From: Eledone cirrhosa
Lineage: Eukaryota
Assembly (NCBI GenBank): GCA_964016885.1
Contig: OZ024741.1
Span: 323,950,001-324,014,000, forward strand
Direction: 5' to 3'
DNA length: 64,000 bases
Positions within the stretch are counted from its first letter, which is position 1. Every line of letters begins with the position of its first letter. This document shows, one piece after another, positions 1 through 12,779 of the stretch. The position numbers and the translations under genes were made by a program. Below the pieces are notes generated by a model. It saw only the letters and a program-made list of their open reading frames with translations, was not told the origin of the DNA and searched no databases.

Positions 1-13
1 ATCTTCTAAAAAA

Positions 14-190
14 TTTTTTAGTTTCAGAAGATCCCGTTAAGGGTGAAAGCAGCGATTCTTTGCTTAAACTTTAATCTGTTATTTTAATAAATATTTACTC
101 TACGGTTTTATATATTTGATATATATTTATCGTTATCGAGTCCTCTTTGGATTTTAGTCTTCAAATGTATTATTATTACTATATATATGA
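14..190 (+). mobile_element. 3' tail of the same PLE family as 30672-33490
   Basis: Near identical to 33412-33490 and to the reverse complement of 30672-30835. Confidence 0.85.
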
Positions 191-477
191 AATAGGATTT
201 CGCTTCAAGCATAGCTTTATACAATATGTATAAATATTTCGAATCTCCAAAGAAATACGGTTCTAGGAATCCGTAGCTATGCAAACACCAAGGGGCTAGC
301 GCCCTCTGGTGATGTCCAGCAGAAGCAAGGGGGACAACCGTCTATGGAATGTCCCTCCCACCGCTTGCGACTGCTGGACTAGAAGACAGGCGAGAATATA
401 TACTTTTCTCGTCTGTGTAAATGAGGGGATTAATCTCATTTGCATATGAAGCTGCTTAAGTTGGCTCAACTTATAAT

Positions 478-482
<5 letters not shown>

Positions 483-558
<76 letters not shown>
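483..558. repeat. (TA)n microsatellite; many more, e.g. 7111, 27732, 34235, 43010, 51310
   Basis: Seen directly. Confidence 0.98.
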
Positions 559-560
<2 letters not shown>

Positions 561-799
561 AATGAAAACTCAATACCGAAGTAGAATTTATATATTGATT
601 TATTATGACTTGTTACCCTGGAGTCTCACCTGCCTAGTCACTGGATTATCAGGCAAGGTGAGGCTCCAGAGTAACAAGTCATAAAAAATTCTACTTCGGT
701 ATTGAGTTTTCATTCTTACGCCCGTCATGTACTTTCAGGTCCTGAATAATCGACCCCCATTCCGCTTATTAATTGTTCAGTTTGCTTTCAACCCCCAGC

Positions 800-1160
800 T
801 TATTACATTTTCCTCATCTACCTCGGAACTCTGTTCTAATCCCCCTTTCTATATTAATTAACAGCAAACACTCCCCTCTCTATATCTACTACACGGAACT
901 CTATTACAATCCCCCACTCTATATCAATTAACACCAAACTATCCCCCTCTCTACATCTACCATACAACTCCCCCTCTCTCCGTATCTCATTCCCTCTTAC
1001 TCTAACCATCACTACCAAACTCTCCCCTCCTCTATATCTATCAATACCTATCTCTATCAATCGTCTCACTCTTTTCATTATCCCAAACTCTACCGCTCTC
1101 TACATGAACCATACAATAATCTCTCCCAATCCCCCTATCTATATCAATTACCACTTGATA
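800..1160. repeat. Degenerate pyrimidine-rich minisatellite that resumes at 6815-6920 after LINE A
   Basis: Recurring CAAACTCTCCCCTCTCTATATCAAT-like units on both sides of the LINE. Confidence 0.7.
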
Positions 1161-1465
1161 TAGACGTGATTTACTTTGCTCCGGATTTTTACGGATTGTT
1201 GTCAAAAAAACTGAGTTTATTGCTCAATTTAATAGCATTGTTTAGTTTAACCCCTTGCTTGGGCCGTCATACGTTGAGTCAACTAATTTTCGCCCCTTTC
1301 TGGGGCGGAATTTTCAATTTTTATCTAAAAACTGTAGACTTGGTGGCAATGGATGCCATTTCCACCTCGCACACTGTCGTGAGTGCCACGCCCACTCAGA
1401 AAAGTGGTGGAGGGAAGGTAGGAGTACAAAGCTTGCAGCCTTCCCCCCTCGCATCATCGTAAAAC

Positions 1466-3138
1466 GTGAAAAATATCGAAACCACGAAACCAAACCCGGT
1501 AAATAATACCAGCACCAACAACAAGAACAATGACAATAACACCACAACCAACAACTGCAACAATAGCAACACCAATATTACCAACAGTGACAGTAACAAA
1601 AAAGACAACAACACCAAAACAACATTCGCACAGACCGTAAAAAAAAAACGAACTATACACGCCAATAGACATAACAAATGCTAAACAACTATTACAAGAC
1701 GCAAAACAATTCGTGACTTTTGGAAAAAACGGTGCTTTTAGCATCAGTTCTCCACAGGAATTACGTAGAGAGGCTGTCCTGAAAACTGTGGTTTTCAGGA
1801 CAACATCGAACGAAACAAGAAAACCAGCTCAATTATCACAAAATGAAATTGAGCTGGTTCTAAAAGATGCAATGAAGGACTTAACCTTCATACAAAAAGG
1901 TAAACTGTTTGGTAGCATTTCGGTGCTAATGAACAACCAGTCAACAGCTCAAAAGTACTCGGTAGCACCCATTGTGTCCCCCCGCTTCACCTTTTACCCC
2001 ACATACAGGGGAAAAAGGACACAAAGAATAAAAATAATGAGTATCACACCAAATGTAAATATTTGGTGGATACTATGTGGAATAATTAACTTTGACGAAG
2101 ACAAGATAATTTCAATAGGAAAGTCCTCCGGAGGTGTATTTGGTGGGACCACCGTAGAAGTTCTGGTGCAAATGAGCCCAGAACGAATAGCGAATATCCC
2201 ACAACGCGTGCCTCTGGACGGGCTAACTTATATAAACATTTCAGTGGAGGGAAGGCGGCCGTCATGTTACCACTGCTTAAGCAGGGGTCACCTGAGGGCT
2301 GCCTGTCCTCAATTAACGAGTAAAAAAAAGGCTCTTCTGCCAACCCCGAACACAACAACACAACCACCACCACCACCACCACCACCACCACCACAACAAC
2401 AACAACACGGAAAAAATAACAACACAAAACACTGTTCCACCCAACCCCTCCCCTCCCCACCTAAAACAAATACAAAAGCAACCACAACAAAACCCCAAAA
2501 TATACCCCTCCCCAACAACACGGAAGAGGACTCCGTATCAACGTCACCCAGTGACGACGAGGGAGAACCCTTTCAACAGGTGAAAAGGAAAAAAAAAGGC
2601 ACCACATTAACAAAAATGCCACAAACACACAACCACCAGCACAAACAGAACAAACATCACAAACAAAAAAGCCCACCCCTCCCCAAAACGTAACACATAC
2701 TACAAAACGCAAACACGCACAAGAACAACAAACAAAAACAAACACAACAGAACAAAAACTCTATACATACATTAACAAGAACAATAAAACGTTGATGAAA
2801 GCGATAGAAAATAACCCTTCGGTGGAAACCGAAGGGATCACTTTCACCTATGCAGCGAACAAACCGCACCTAATGATGATTAGGGTCCCAACGGAAACCT
2901 ATGTAACTTTGAAAAAGAACCATCCAATGCATGTGGGACCAACTGCACCAAACCACATAACAGCGTCCTATTGAGATGTTTCCACACCCCCACACCAGAC
3001 ACCCACACCCCACCAAACACCCTAATCCCACCACACACTGATGTCCTCACCCCACCACAAACCACCACCCCACCAAACAACCCTTCCAACACCCCTATGG
3101 AAATTGTGCAGCCTGGTCCCCAGGAGACGAAGAGGTAG
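1466..3138 (+). pseudogene. LINE A ORF1 (gag-like, zinc knuckle), frameshifted
   Basis: ORFs 1466-1684, 1713-2693 (CYHCLSRGHLRAAC) and 2792-2974; Asn/Pro/Thr low-complexity linkers. Confidence 0.85.
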
Positions 3139-3180
3139 GTAATTTCCTTTCCTCTTCCTTTTTACCTCTTCAGCACCAAC

Positions 3181-6100
3181 ATGGCCAATATAAGAGTTGG
3201 ATGTGTGAATGCACGCGGCTTGGGGATGTCCTGGAAACAGGGCAAACTCTTAAATGACCTCAGGTCGCACAGAGTGGATGTAATGGTTATTTGCGAGTCC
3301 AGGATCAGCAGCGAGCGCCAACTGGCCCCCATCTTCGACGACTTTGAGATTTACGCATCTCTCTGTCAGCCGAGGGGTGGGGGTGGGGTTGTCGTTCTGC
3401 TGCGAAAATACCTGGGTCTTGCCACACAGAAGGTACACCCCGGAGGGTCGACTGGTGGTTTTAGACGTCGGCAGTGGTGAAGGTGGAGATTTCAGGCTGG
3501 TGGCAGCGTATGGCCCATCTGGGACACCGCGACCGGACTTCTTCCGACGCCTGGAGAATTTCCTGGAACGTCTCGCTCCTTGCTTTTAGTGAGGGACTGG
3601 AATGGTATCCTGGATGCACGTTGGGACTATGTAGGGGCATGTCCCGATAGAGGGGGGTGTAACAGCCTCAAACGATTAATCGGCCGATTTGATCTGGCCG
3701 ATAGATATCGACTGGATTTTCCGACTGTACCACGGTGGACGTGGAGTAATCGCAGCAGAACATCCAGGTCGTACCTAGATAGGTTCCTAGTTAGAAATAA
3801 GGATAGGGACATATTAAGCTGTCCACGAATGTTCATGGTTGACTATTCCGATCACAAGTTGTTGACCGGAGTGGTCAACCTTGATAGAACTCATAGACAG
3901 GGACCCGGTTACTGGAAGCTAAACTTGTCTTTACCGACAAACAAAGCTTACAGTAAGCGGATTAGCACACTAGTTAAGCAGCGTTTGACGAGGGTAATTG
4001 TCAACAAAAGGTGGTGGGGCTCTCTCAAGAGAGAAATTAGAATAGAATCGATAGGTTTTAGTCGGGAATTAGCATCAGATAGGAATAGAACTGAAAGGGA
4101 ATTAACAAATAGAGTAGAAGAGGCGATTAGGAGTGGCAACGTGACCGGCGTGCTGGCGTCAAGACGGCCCTAGACCAGTTCTTTGATGCGAAGCACGAGG
4201 GCTGCGTTGTCAGGAGTAAAATACGTGCTCTGGGTAACGAGGGAGCCAAAGCTGTTAGCTGGGCCCGAGTGACAGGCAAAAAGTGGAAACAAGTCCACGA
4301 TTCGGTCTTTGAAGGACCAGGATGGACGTGCGATCCTTGAACCTGAGCGGATGAGCGCGGCCTTTCAACGGCGCTTTGCACGACTGTTCGGGAGGGGCGG
4401 CGGGCCGGGTGGGGCCATGGATTTCGGTCCATACCTCGACGGTCTGGCGCGGCTCTCGGACGGGGAGGCGAAGTCCTGCGAGAGGCCGATTTCAGCCGCT
4501 GAAATAGGGGAAGCGCTGAACCAATGCGGCAAACGCAAAACTCCGGGTCTCGATGGTCTACCATATGAACTTTATGTAGCGATGCCGAGCTTGTTCTCCG
4601 GTCTCCTCGAGGCGGTCTACTGCAACTGGCAACAGAACGGGAGAATTCCCAGTTCTGTGACCAAGGGCGTAGTCACGCTGGTGAGGAAGGACGAGAACAA
4701 GGGGGATGACATAGATAACTTCAGGCCCATAACTCCTCTAAACACAGAGTTAAAGATTTTGGCCAAGGTGTTAGCGAAGAGGTTGGCGCTTGTCGTCGGG
4801 AACCTGGTGGGAGAAGCGCAGACATGCGCAATCCCGTCCAGGTCCATACACGACAACCTCCACCTCATGCGATACATCGTAGAGAGGGTAGGGAACGAAC
4901 CCGGCTTTGGTGGGGCCCTGATCAACTTGGATCAATCTAAAGCGTTCGATAGGGTTGACCATCGGTACCTGGATGCGGTGCTCGCGGCGGCAGGCTTTGG
5001 ACCCGTTTTCATGGGCTGGATTGCTGCAATGCACAGCAGCAACACCTGCTCGAGGGTCAAGGTGAACGGCTACCTCTCGGAGCCGTTCCAAATCACGCGA
5101 TCCATTCGACAGGGATGCCCTCTCTCCTCCCTCCTGTATGTGCTGGCTCTCGAGCCACTACTGAGGAAGCTGAAGCTGTTGCAGGGCATCCCCTTGGAAC
5201 CGGGATTGCGGAAAGCGGTGTCGGCCTACGCCGATGACGTGACAGTAATGGTGTCGTGCGCCTCGGAAATCGGGCAGATCGGCACCTTACTGGAGGAATA
5301 TGAAAGGTTCACAGGAGCCAAGCTGAACCGGGACAAGTCCGTCGGTTTGCAACTCAGGACGTGGAGGGGCAAAACGATGCCCTCCGACGGCATCGTCGGA
5401 CGCTGGACGGAGGGACCGGTGAAGCTGCTCGGGGTCTGGTTCGGACCGGACCTCCTGTTGGAGAAAAACTGGGTCGAGGTAACTATCCCTGAAAGGTCGA
5501 GCGGAGGTGGCGAACGCTTATATAGCGTCCGTCATCTACTACCGCTTGACCGTCGTGCCTTGCCCAGAGAAAACACTCGCCAAAATGGAGCGCGCGCTCT
5601 TCCGATTTCTTTGGAAGAAGCAGGCTCCTTTGGTGAGAAGATCCATCTGCTGTCAACACCCTTCGAACGGAGGGCTGGGGATGCCATGGCTGACGATGCG
5701 TAGACACGCATTAAGGCTACGGCACCTCCAGGTATTCCTCACCGGTCAGCCGGTGTGGGCCCTGTTTGTGAGGCGAGCCTTTCCGAGACTCGTCTCACTC
5801 ACCGAGCTGCAATCCTGGGTCAAGCAAAGACCGAGAAAATTGGGCGACTGGCACATTGAATGTGCCCAGGCGCTCACGGCCCTCTGGCAAGCGGATCTGG
5901 CAATCAGTGGAGACTCAAACTCAACATTCTATAGAGGGTTGGTGCGCAGTAAGTGCGACGACGCTCTCGGAGAGGCTCTGGGCATGGAGGAAGACGAGCT
6001 GGCCAGTCTGTTCGGTAGGACGTTTGGCCCGGGACCGATGGACAACTTCCAAAAGTCCCTGGCTTGGCAATGTTACCGAGGAGCTCTACCCGTTCGGGAC

Positions 6101-6565
6101 AAGCTCTACAGACACGGGCGCCCGGGTAGGGACCCCTCGAAGAAGATCTGTCCAAGATGCGTGCGTGACGAGGAAACCGTCGCACACGCATTCGTACACT
6201 GCCCGGGTGTTGCTGACCTGTGGGGCTATGTAGAACGACTACTGTCGCGGGTGGGACCAATCCGGTTGACCACCGAGAACATTGTCACAATCAAACCGCC
6301 TCCCCCTTTCAAAAACGAAGGAGAGGCGGTTTTCCTCTGTGTGATAGCCATGGCAAAAGAAGTTGTATGGTGGACAAGGTTGAAAGGGCTGAGGTCAGAC
6401 ACCTATCTCTCCGGCCAACAACTGGTCTTTTTTTTCAAGTACCACTTTAGAAGAAGGATCAGAATGGAGAGAGAGGTGCTCTACCCCAGCAAGTTTTATG
6501 AAAGATGGGTGAAAGTAGCGAGAATGGCCCGAGTGAATGGACCTTCTTTCTATATCAGCCTGTAG
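3181..6565 (+). pseudogene. LINE A ORF2 (APE + reverse transcriptase + C-terminal zinc motif), frameshifted
   Basis: GCVNARGL, ICESR, DWN, SYLDRF, SDHK (APE); PGLDGLP, FRPIT, DQSKAFDRVDH, RQGCPLS, YADD (RT); CPRC..ETVAHAFVHC. Confidence 0.95.
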
Positions 6566-7107
6566 GTGAGAGAGGAGAAGAATGAGAAGAGGAAGGAAGC
6601 ACCCGCTCTTTGTGCTCCTGAAGAGGAGGGTTGCACATTTTTTCGGGGGTGTGTGCGACCCATGTCAACGCCCCTCCCTATTGAGGACATCGATTGTTAA
6701 ATTTAATTTGTTATATGTATTTTACACGTCTTTTTAAATGTATGTAAACTCCCCCCTTTGTATTTGTCCCAATCTTTGTTGCCCTGGTGGCAAATAAATA
6801 GAAATATATATATTTTACTGCCAAACTCTCCCAATCACTATATCTATCTAATCTTATCTCTCCCAATCTCACTCTCTATATCAATCACTAACAAAATCTC
6901 CTCCTCTCTACATCCACTTCAAATTGCATTTTCTGACCATTTAGAGTGCAAATAGCTAAACTAATCCCTACAACTAAATTGGCAAAATTTAGCTATTTGC
7001 ACTCTAAATGGTCAGAAAATGCAATTTGAAGTGGAGGTAGATAGAGAGGAGGAGATTTTGTTAGTGATTGATATAGAGAGGGGGATTGGGAGAGATAAGT
7101 TTAACAC

Positions 7108-7175
<68 letters not shown>

Positions 7176-7265
7176 TGTTTCCGTAGGAAAGGTAAAGGAA
7201 AGGAAGGTGCTCTATGTAGGCTACAGAGTTATTTAGTTATGTAATAAACAACATAAGACAATTAT

Positions 7266-7336
7266 TCCATTTACCAAAGGTTTCACGAAGACAGACGAGC
7301 TCGACACATACGTCTGAAATCGTTCATCAGAATGAA
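7266..7336 (-). ncRNA. Type I hammerhead ribozyme
   Basis: TTCATT-CTGATGA-ACGA..TCGT-GAAA-CCTTTGG-TA-AATGGA. Confidence 0.85.
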
Positions 7337-7791
7337 ATTTATTTGAAGAGGAAGTGAGATATGGATTTCAAAACAAAGCCTGAAACAAGTGAAAGCGAGG
7401 CTGATATAAATTAAAATAACCGAAGTAATGTAATGGGGAAAAATAATAAATATATATGTATATATATAAAAACATACACATACATTATATAAGCAACTAC
7501 CGACGAATATACTTATACTCACACACTTACACAATCATACATACATGTACACACACAAATATGTATACACATATACATACATACATACACACGTAGATAT
7601 ACATATACATAGACACACGCGTATATATACGTACACATACACACACGCATATACACATATTTATATATATATATACATATATACACACACATGCACATAC
7701 ACACATACATATATATATGCAGGAAGCTCCAACCGTTAAGGATGTCTTTTTTTTTCTGGGTATGTCAATATTTATTTATAAAACAAATCTG

Positions 7792-7857
7792 TATTTTATC
7801 TGATGAAAGCGCACCATAATTTGCCTTGGTTGCCCTTGAAATATGTATAATAAAATA
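7792..7857 (+). ncRNA. Type I hammerhead ribozyme (minimal helix III)
   Basis: TATTTTAT-CTGATGA-helix II-GAAA-TATGTA-TA-ATAAAATA. Confidence 0.8.
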
Positions 7858-7895
7858 AATATGGTTTTATAAATATAGTTTCCATTTATTAATAT

Positions 7896-7935
<40 letters not shown>

Positions 7936-8421
7936 CACATATGCACACACATGTATAGGAATACAGACACACATACATATATGTACATACACACACATAT
8001 ACACTCACATACATACGCACACATATAAAGGAAACAGTCAAAATCACAGTTCAGTAGCTACATAGCAGACAAGAAAAAAAATTTAAAAATAAAAATGAAC
8101 GCACGATCACGCGTGCGCGCAACGTTAACATAAACACAGTGATGGACAAAAACAAAAAAACAAAAACAAAAACAAAAAATAAAGAAAATGAATTAAAAAA
8201 TTAAAAATTAAAAATTACATAAGAGGGCTAAATAGAAGTATATATATATTTAGAAATATACACACACAATTATACAGTCTTACGCAAACGCACACATTAA
8301 AAGATGCACTCACATATACATATATATGTATATATACTTACATACTCATAAACATATATAAATACACACAGAAACACACACATATATGTGTGTGTGTGTT
8401 TATATATAAATAGGGTTCCCG

Positions 8422-8832
8422 TGAAGAAAATAATTGTTTCTACTTATGACACAAGGCCAGCAATTATCCCAGTGTATTACTGGTACTTTATTTTATCGAC
8501 CCCGTAAGGATGAAAGGCAAAGTTAACCTCGGCGGGATTAGAACTCAGACCATAAAGGGCCGTAACTCTTTTCTGCAAACCATGGCGTCCGACCCTTTAC
8601 CGATACTGTCAATCCACTGTAAAGAAAATAATTGTTTCTACTTTAGGCACAAGGCCAGCAATTAACCAGTGCATTACTGGTACTTTATTTTATCGACTCC
8701 GTAAGGATGAAAGGCAAAGTCAACCTCGGCTGGATTTGAACTCAGATCGTAAAGGGACGTAACTATGCTGGAAAGCATGACGTCCGACCCTCTACCGATA
8801 CTGCCAATCCACCGCCCTGTAAAGAAAATAAT
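8422..8832 (-). mobile_element. Tandem pair of tRNA-derived SINEs (family 1)
   Basis: A-box TGGCAGTATCGGT and B-box GAGTTCAAATC on the minus strand; core CCTTTCATCCTTACGGGGTCGATAAAATAAAGTACCAG; flanking repeat GTAAAGAAAATAAT occurs three times. Confidence 0.88.
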
Positions 8833-9199
8833 GAAATGTAAGGGTGTATGCAGAATGAGTATAACCAATAGGTAGAAAGAAAGAGGGATAAGGGTAGTGA
8901 GAGGGTATGCAAAGGATATGTGAATAAAGTGAATATGTGAGTGTTATTGATTGTAGCTAAAGTAAAGGTTAAAGGTTAAAAAGAGAAGTGTTCAGGGCCT
9001 CTAAAGGGTTAAGAAGGGTGGACAGAGAGAGGGTGGTCGGTGTGTAAGTGTTAAAAGTATGACAGAAAAAGGGGGGGGGGGGTAATTAAAATAAATAAGT
9101 GGGTGTTAATTGTGTATAATGGATGTGGTAAAATGTATGTGTTCATAAAGAGATCTGGGTAGTGGAAGAGTTAATTTGTAAAAAGAGGAAGTTCAGGGT

Positions 9200-10365
9200 G
9201 GTTGAGTGTTCGAAGGTATATTATACCAGCTGGAGAGAAGATGTGATTTCATGTGTGGACAACTTCTGAAGATATCAGTTTTAGAATTGAGGCAAGTAGT
9301 AGGAGTTTTCAGATTTTGCAGTATTCTGTACTTTTTGGTTATACACAAAGAACATTTCTTTGTGCCTTTCTGGTATTCTTTTGAGTAGTCTAAAATGGAA
9401 AATCAATTATGTATGGAATTTTTCGTTCTTTAAACTCCCACACTTTATTAGCCATCGCCGTAGATGTTCTTTTGTCTGGGTGTTTGAAGGAAGCGACATG
9501 TGCATAGTTTCTGCTTTTAAATTTATCTTGTGCCCACATATCGCTCACTCCTGGCTAGTGTTAGTTTGGCCTCGTATACGATTGATTTCGTATTACATTT
9601 TTCACTGTAAAGGCCTTCTTCAGCTTTCCTGAAACTACATCCTGGGTTTCCTTTAGTGATATTCATGTTGGTAATTTTAGATATCATGGATGGGCAGCAA
9701 GAGTGGCTAATTTTAACTGAATTTATAATGAATATCTTATTATATCTATGTTGTTGGGGGAAATGTTTGTCTAGATGTTCAAGGAATTTTCTTCCTAAAT
9801 TAGTTTTAACTGTTAAAGAGAAAAGTGGAGTAAACCATGTTATTTTTCTTTTCCTATTAATGTGTTTAGTGGTAGAAGGAGGAGTGGGTATATATTTGAT
9901 TTGTTCGTTGAAACCGCTATTTTTAAGGGCCCTATTATAATAAAGGCCTGCTTTATTAAAAATATCTATAGGAGAAGATAAGGTAAAGATCCTACGACTA
10001 ATATTAAGAATAAGGTTTTTAAATACTATAGGAGGATGGCAAGACTCTTTGTGTATATATTTAAAATTTTTGTTAGGTTTATCATAGGGTGTGAAAGAAG
10101 CAGTAAGTAGGTCAAGATTGATGTCGAGTAAGTTAGTATTAGTTAGGTTAGTATCTATAGTAATTTTGAGGTTTAGGTTTGAGAAGGTATTAATTAAACC
10201 TTTACGGAATTTATCAAGGTTATGGCCGTTGGTGGTATTAGAAACAGCCAATCCATCGTCACGGTATAAGCCGATATTATGGTTTGGAAATTTCTCTTTA
10301 AGAGTGTGGAGGAGGAATAATCCAACTAAATCGCACACGTCGGCGCTGTCGAACGAGCCCATCGA
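9200..10365 (-). pseudogene. PLE RT/GIY-YIG ORF remnant (YRDD type, Hydra-like)
   Basis: ORF 9523-10581 from MGSF onward; IVYEAKL..RYVG; frameshifted C-terminus. The predicted N-terminus is microsatellite read-through. Confidence 0.88.
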
Positions 10366-10700
10366 GACATGTGTGTGTGTGTATATGCGTGTGTATGTGT
10401 ACGTATATATTCGCGTGTGTCTATGTATATGTATATCTACGTGTGTATGTATGTATGGATGTATATGTGTATACATATTTGTGTGTGTACATGTACGTAT
10501 GATTGTGTAAGTGTGTGAGTATAAGTATATTCGTCGGTAGTTGCTTATATAATGTATGTGTATGTTTTTATATATATACATATATATTTATTATTTTTCC
10601 CCATTACATTACCTCCGTTATTTTAATTTATATCAGCCTCGCTTTCAATTGTTTCAGGCTTTGTTTTGAAATCCATATCTCACTTCCTCTTCAAATAAAT

Positions 10701-10758
10701 TTCATTCTGATGAACGATTTCAGACGTCTGTGTCTTCGTGAAACCTTTGGTAAATGGA
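10701..10758 (+). ncRNA. Type I hammerhead ribozyme (inverted partner of 7266-7336)
   Basis: Same core; GUA triplet; shorter helix II. Confidence 0.85.
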
Positions 10759-10869
10759 ATAATTGTGTTATGTTGTTTATTACATAACTAAATAGCTCTG
10801 TAGCCTATATAGAGAACTCTCCTTTCCTTTACCTTTCCTACGGAAACATTTAATGTATATATACATATA

Positions 10870-11318
10870 CCGGGGCGGTGGAAGCATTTCTGAATTGGAG
10901 GGAGGGTGCCAAAATTGGCCAATTTAATTGTAGTGATTAGGTTAGCTATTTTCACTCAAAAATGGTCAGAAAATACATGTCATATTACATTTACAGCTTT
11001 CAATAATTATAAAGTAATTATAACCAAATGACCTATGAAATCTGTCTCTGAATACACATACTAGCAATTGGCAAGTAGTGATAAGTGGAGAAAAAGATTA
11101 CTATGAAGGTTAATATAATACATTATCAGCTATCAACCAAGATATATAAAAAAAAAAAAACTTCGATGTGTAATAAACATGACATGCACATAAATTGTAG
11201 CGCATATACAAACAGATATGTGATTTTGGTAGTTTGGGGATAAAAATATAATTATTATGGGGTGGGGTGGAGGGCATGCTTCTCTCAGTACCCCCCCCCC
11301 CTAGTTCCACCACCCTTG
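10870..11318. mobile_element. Putative MITE with imperfect TIRs
   Basis: CCGGGGCGGTGGAA ... TTCCACCACCCTTG; 10910-10975 matches the reverse complement of about 6929-6990. Confidence 0.5.
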
Positions 11319-11653
11319 TGTATGTACGTATGTATTTATGTATGTATTTATGTACGGGAGTAAAGGATCCCTAGTCTTTGTCAGGGCATTCTTCTAGGAG
11401 AAGGCAACTCAGGATAACTCCGACATAAATCCTGCGGCTCAGTAGTTACCGATGATGTTGATCTTTTCTTGTTTTCGGCTTACAGCTACTGTCGCTCAGA
11501 GAGTGGGATTGGCTCAGTGCACAGTCTTTCCTCACTTAAAAAGAAAATCTTCACGCACAGGCATTGCACGATAGCATTGATTGATAATTATTAATAATGT
11601 TATATCGTGCAATGGCCATACTCGATAACGAGGGGCAGCCATCATTTATGTAC

Positions 11654-11690
<37 letters not shown>

Positions 11691-12017
11691 AACACATACA
11701 CGTACACATATTTGTATGTGGCAATTTTGTACTATCCACCAACATGTTCAGAAATTTTAACTATTCTGCTCGGTATCATTAAACTCTTTTCACAATGCTG
11801 TATACAACTGTCCACCCAATGTATTAAAGAAGATCTATTTCAGGATTATAATATGGCTATGCTTTGCTTTCTTTTCTCTTTTGTTTTGTTGCTGTTATTG
11901 ATGTTGTTCATCAGCCCTATATTAACTCTTATCTAGCAGACCGATGGTGGATCGGATCATACATGGTCATTCTATCCTTTTGCATATGAATTTATACAGT
12001 ATACGTGTTAATGGTTT

Positions 12018-12127
12018 TGTTTCCGAGGTTAACTTTGCCTTTCACCCTTACGGGGTCGATGAAATAAAGTACTAGTAATACACTGGGGTAATTGCTGGCC
12101 TTGTGCCAAAAGTAGAAACAATTATTA
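12018..12127 (+). mobile_element. 5'-truncated SINE family 1
   Basis: Core and tail match 8430-8540. Confidence 0.85.
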
Positions 12128-12779
12128 CGGATGGTTCTTAACATCATTTGAAAGAGCCACACCAGCAATATAGATTTCCATATGTCAAAATTAATGGAAA
12201 ATATGTTCAGCGAAGATTGCAATTATTAGGTAACTGTATGAGACATCCTAAAGAAATAGCACAAAATCGAGTGTTAAGGCAGCGATAAGCGTATTAACTA
12301 ACTTTACATATATACTTGAAGACATAGAAGTGAAAACTGTGTCAATAATACGAACTATGATTGTGGAACGAGACATTGACATAACTCGATCAACAGATCA
12401 ACTAAGATACGATGAGAAACTATATATTGCTTAGCGTAAACATACTTAAGATGTGATTTGAGAGATATTTCAATGCTATTTTTAGGTGGTTAGTTTGAGC
12501 GTGTAGTGGTTCACTTGCTGGTGTTATGTGGCAGAGCCGCAGTATACTTGGTCTGTAACGATTTCACATTTGGATATTGATATAATTACGATTTCGGAGG
12601 TCGCTCCGCAATAACTTGGTTCTGGTAACAGTCCTGCTGCCCGACGTCTTGGATAAATGGTTTCTCCTACAGCCTCGGGCTCATCAAGGCTTTGTGAGTG
12701 GAATTTGGTAGACGAAAACTGCAGAAGGTCCCGTCGTATATACGAGTAAGCTCCATGAGCCCGACACCACCACACGGGC

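Larger units (their letters stand above)
1165..6810 (+). mobile_element. Near full-length Tx1/L1-like non-LTR retrotransposon, copy A (disrupted)
   Basis: ORF1 with CCHC knuckle, then ORF2 with APE endonuclease, RT and C-terminal Cys/His motif; 3' UTR ends in AATAAA near 6793; several frameshifts. Confidence 0.93.
7176..10848 (-). mobile_element. 5'-truncated Penelope-like element with inverted copy of its 3' tail
   Basis: Minus-strand RT (MGSFDSADVCDLVG, YRDD, KITWFTP) and GIY-YIG remnant about 9200-10365; inverted arms about 7176-7700 and 10366-10848. Confidence 0.9.

Noticed and set aside
7176-10848. DNA transposon with long TIRs
   Set aside because: Interior encodes PLE RT, not a transposase; arms are PLE 3' tails
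11355-11645. Possible RTE-like 5' fragment
   Set aside because: Only a short motif resemblance (CTAGGAGAAGGCAACTC); no coding support
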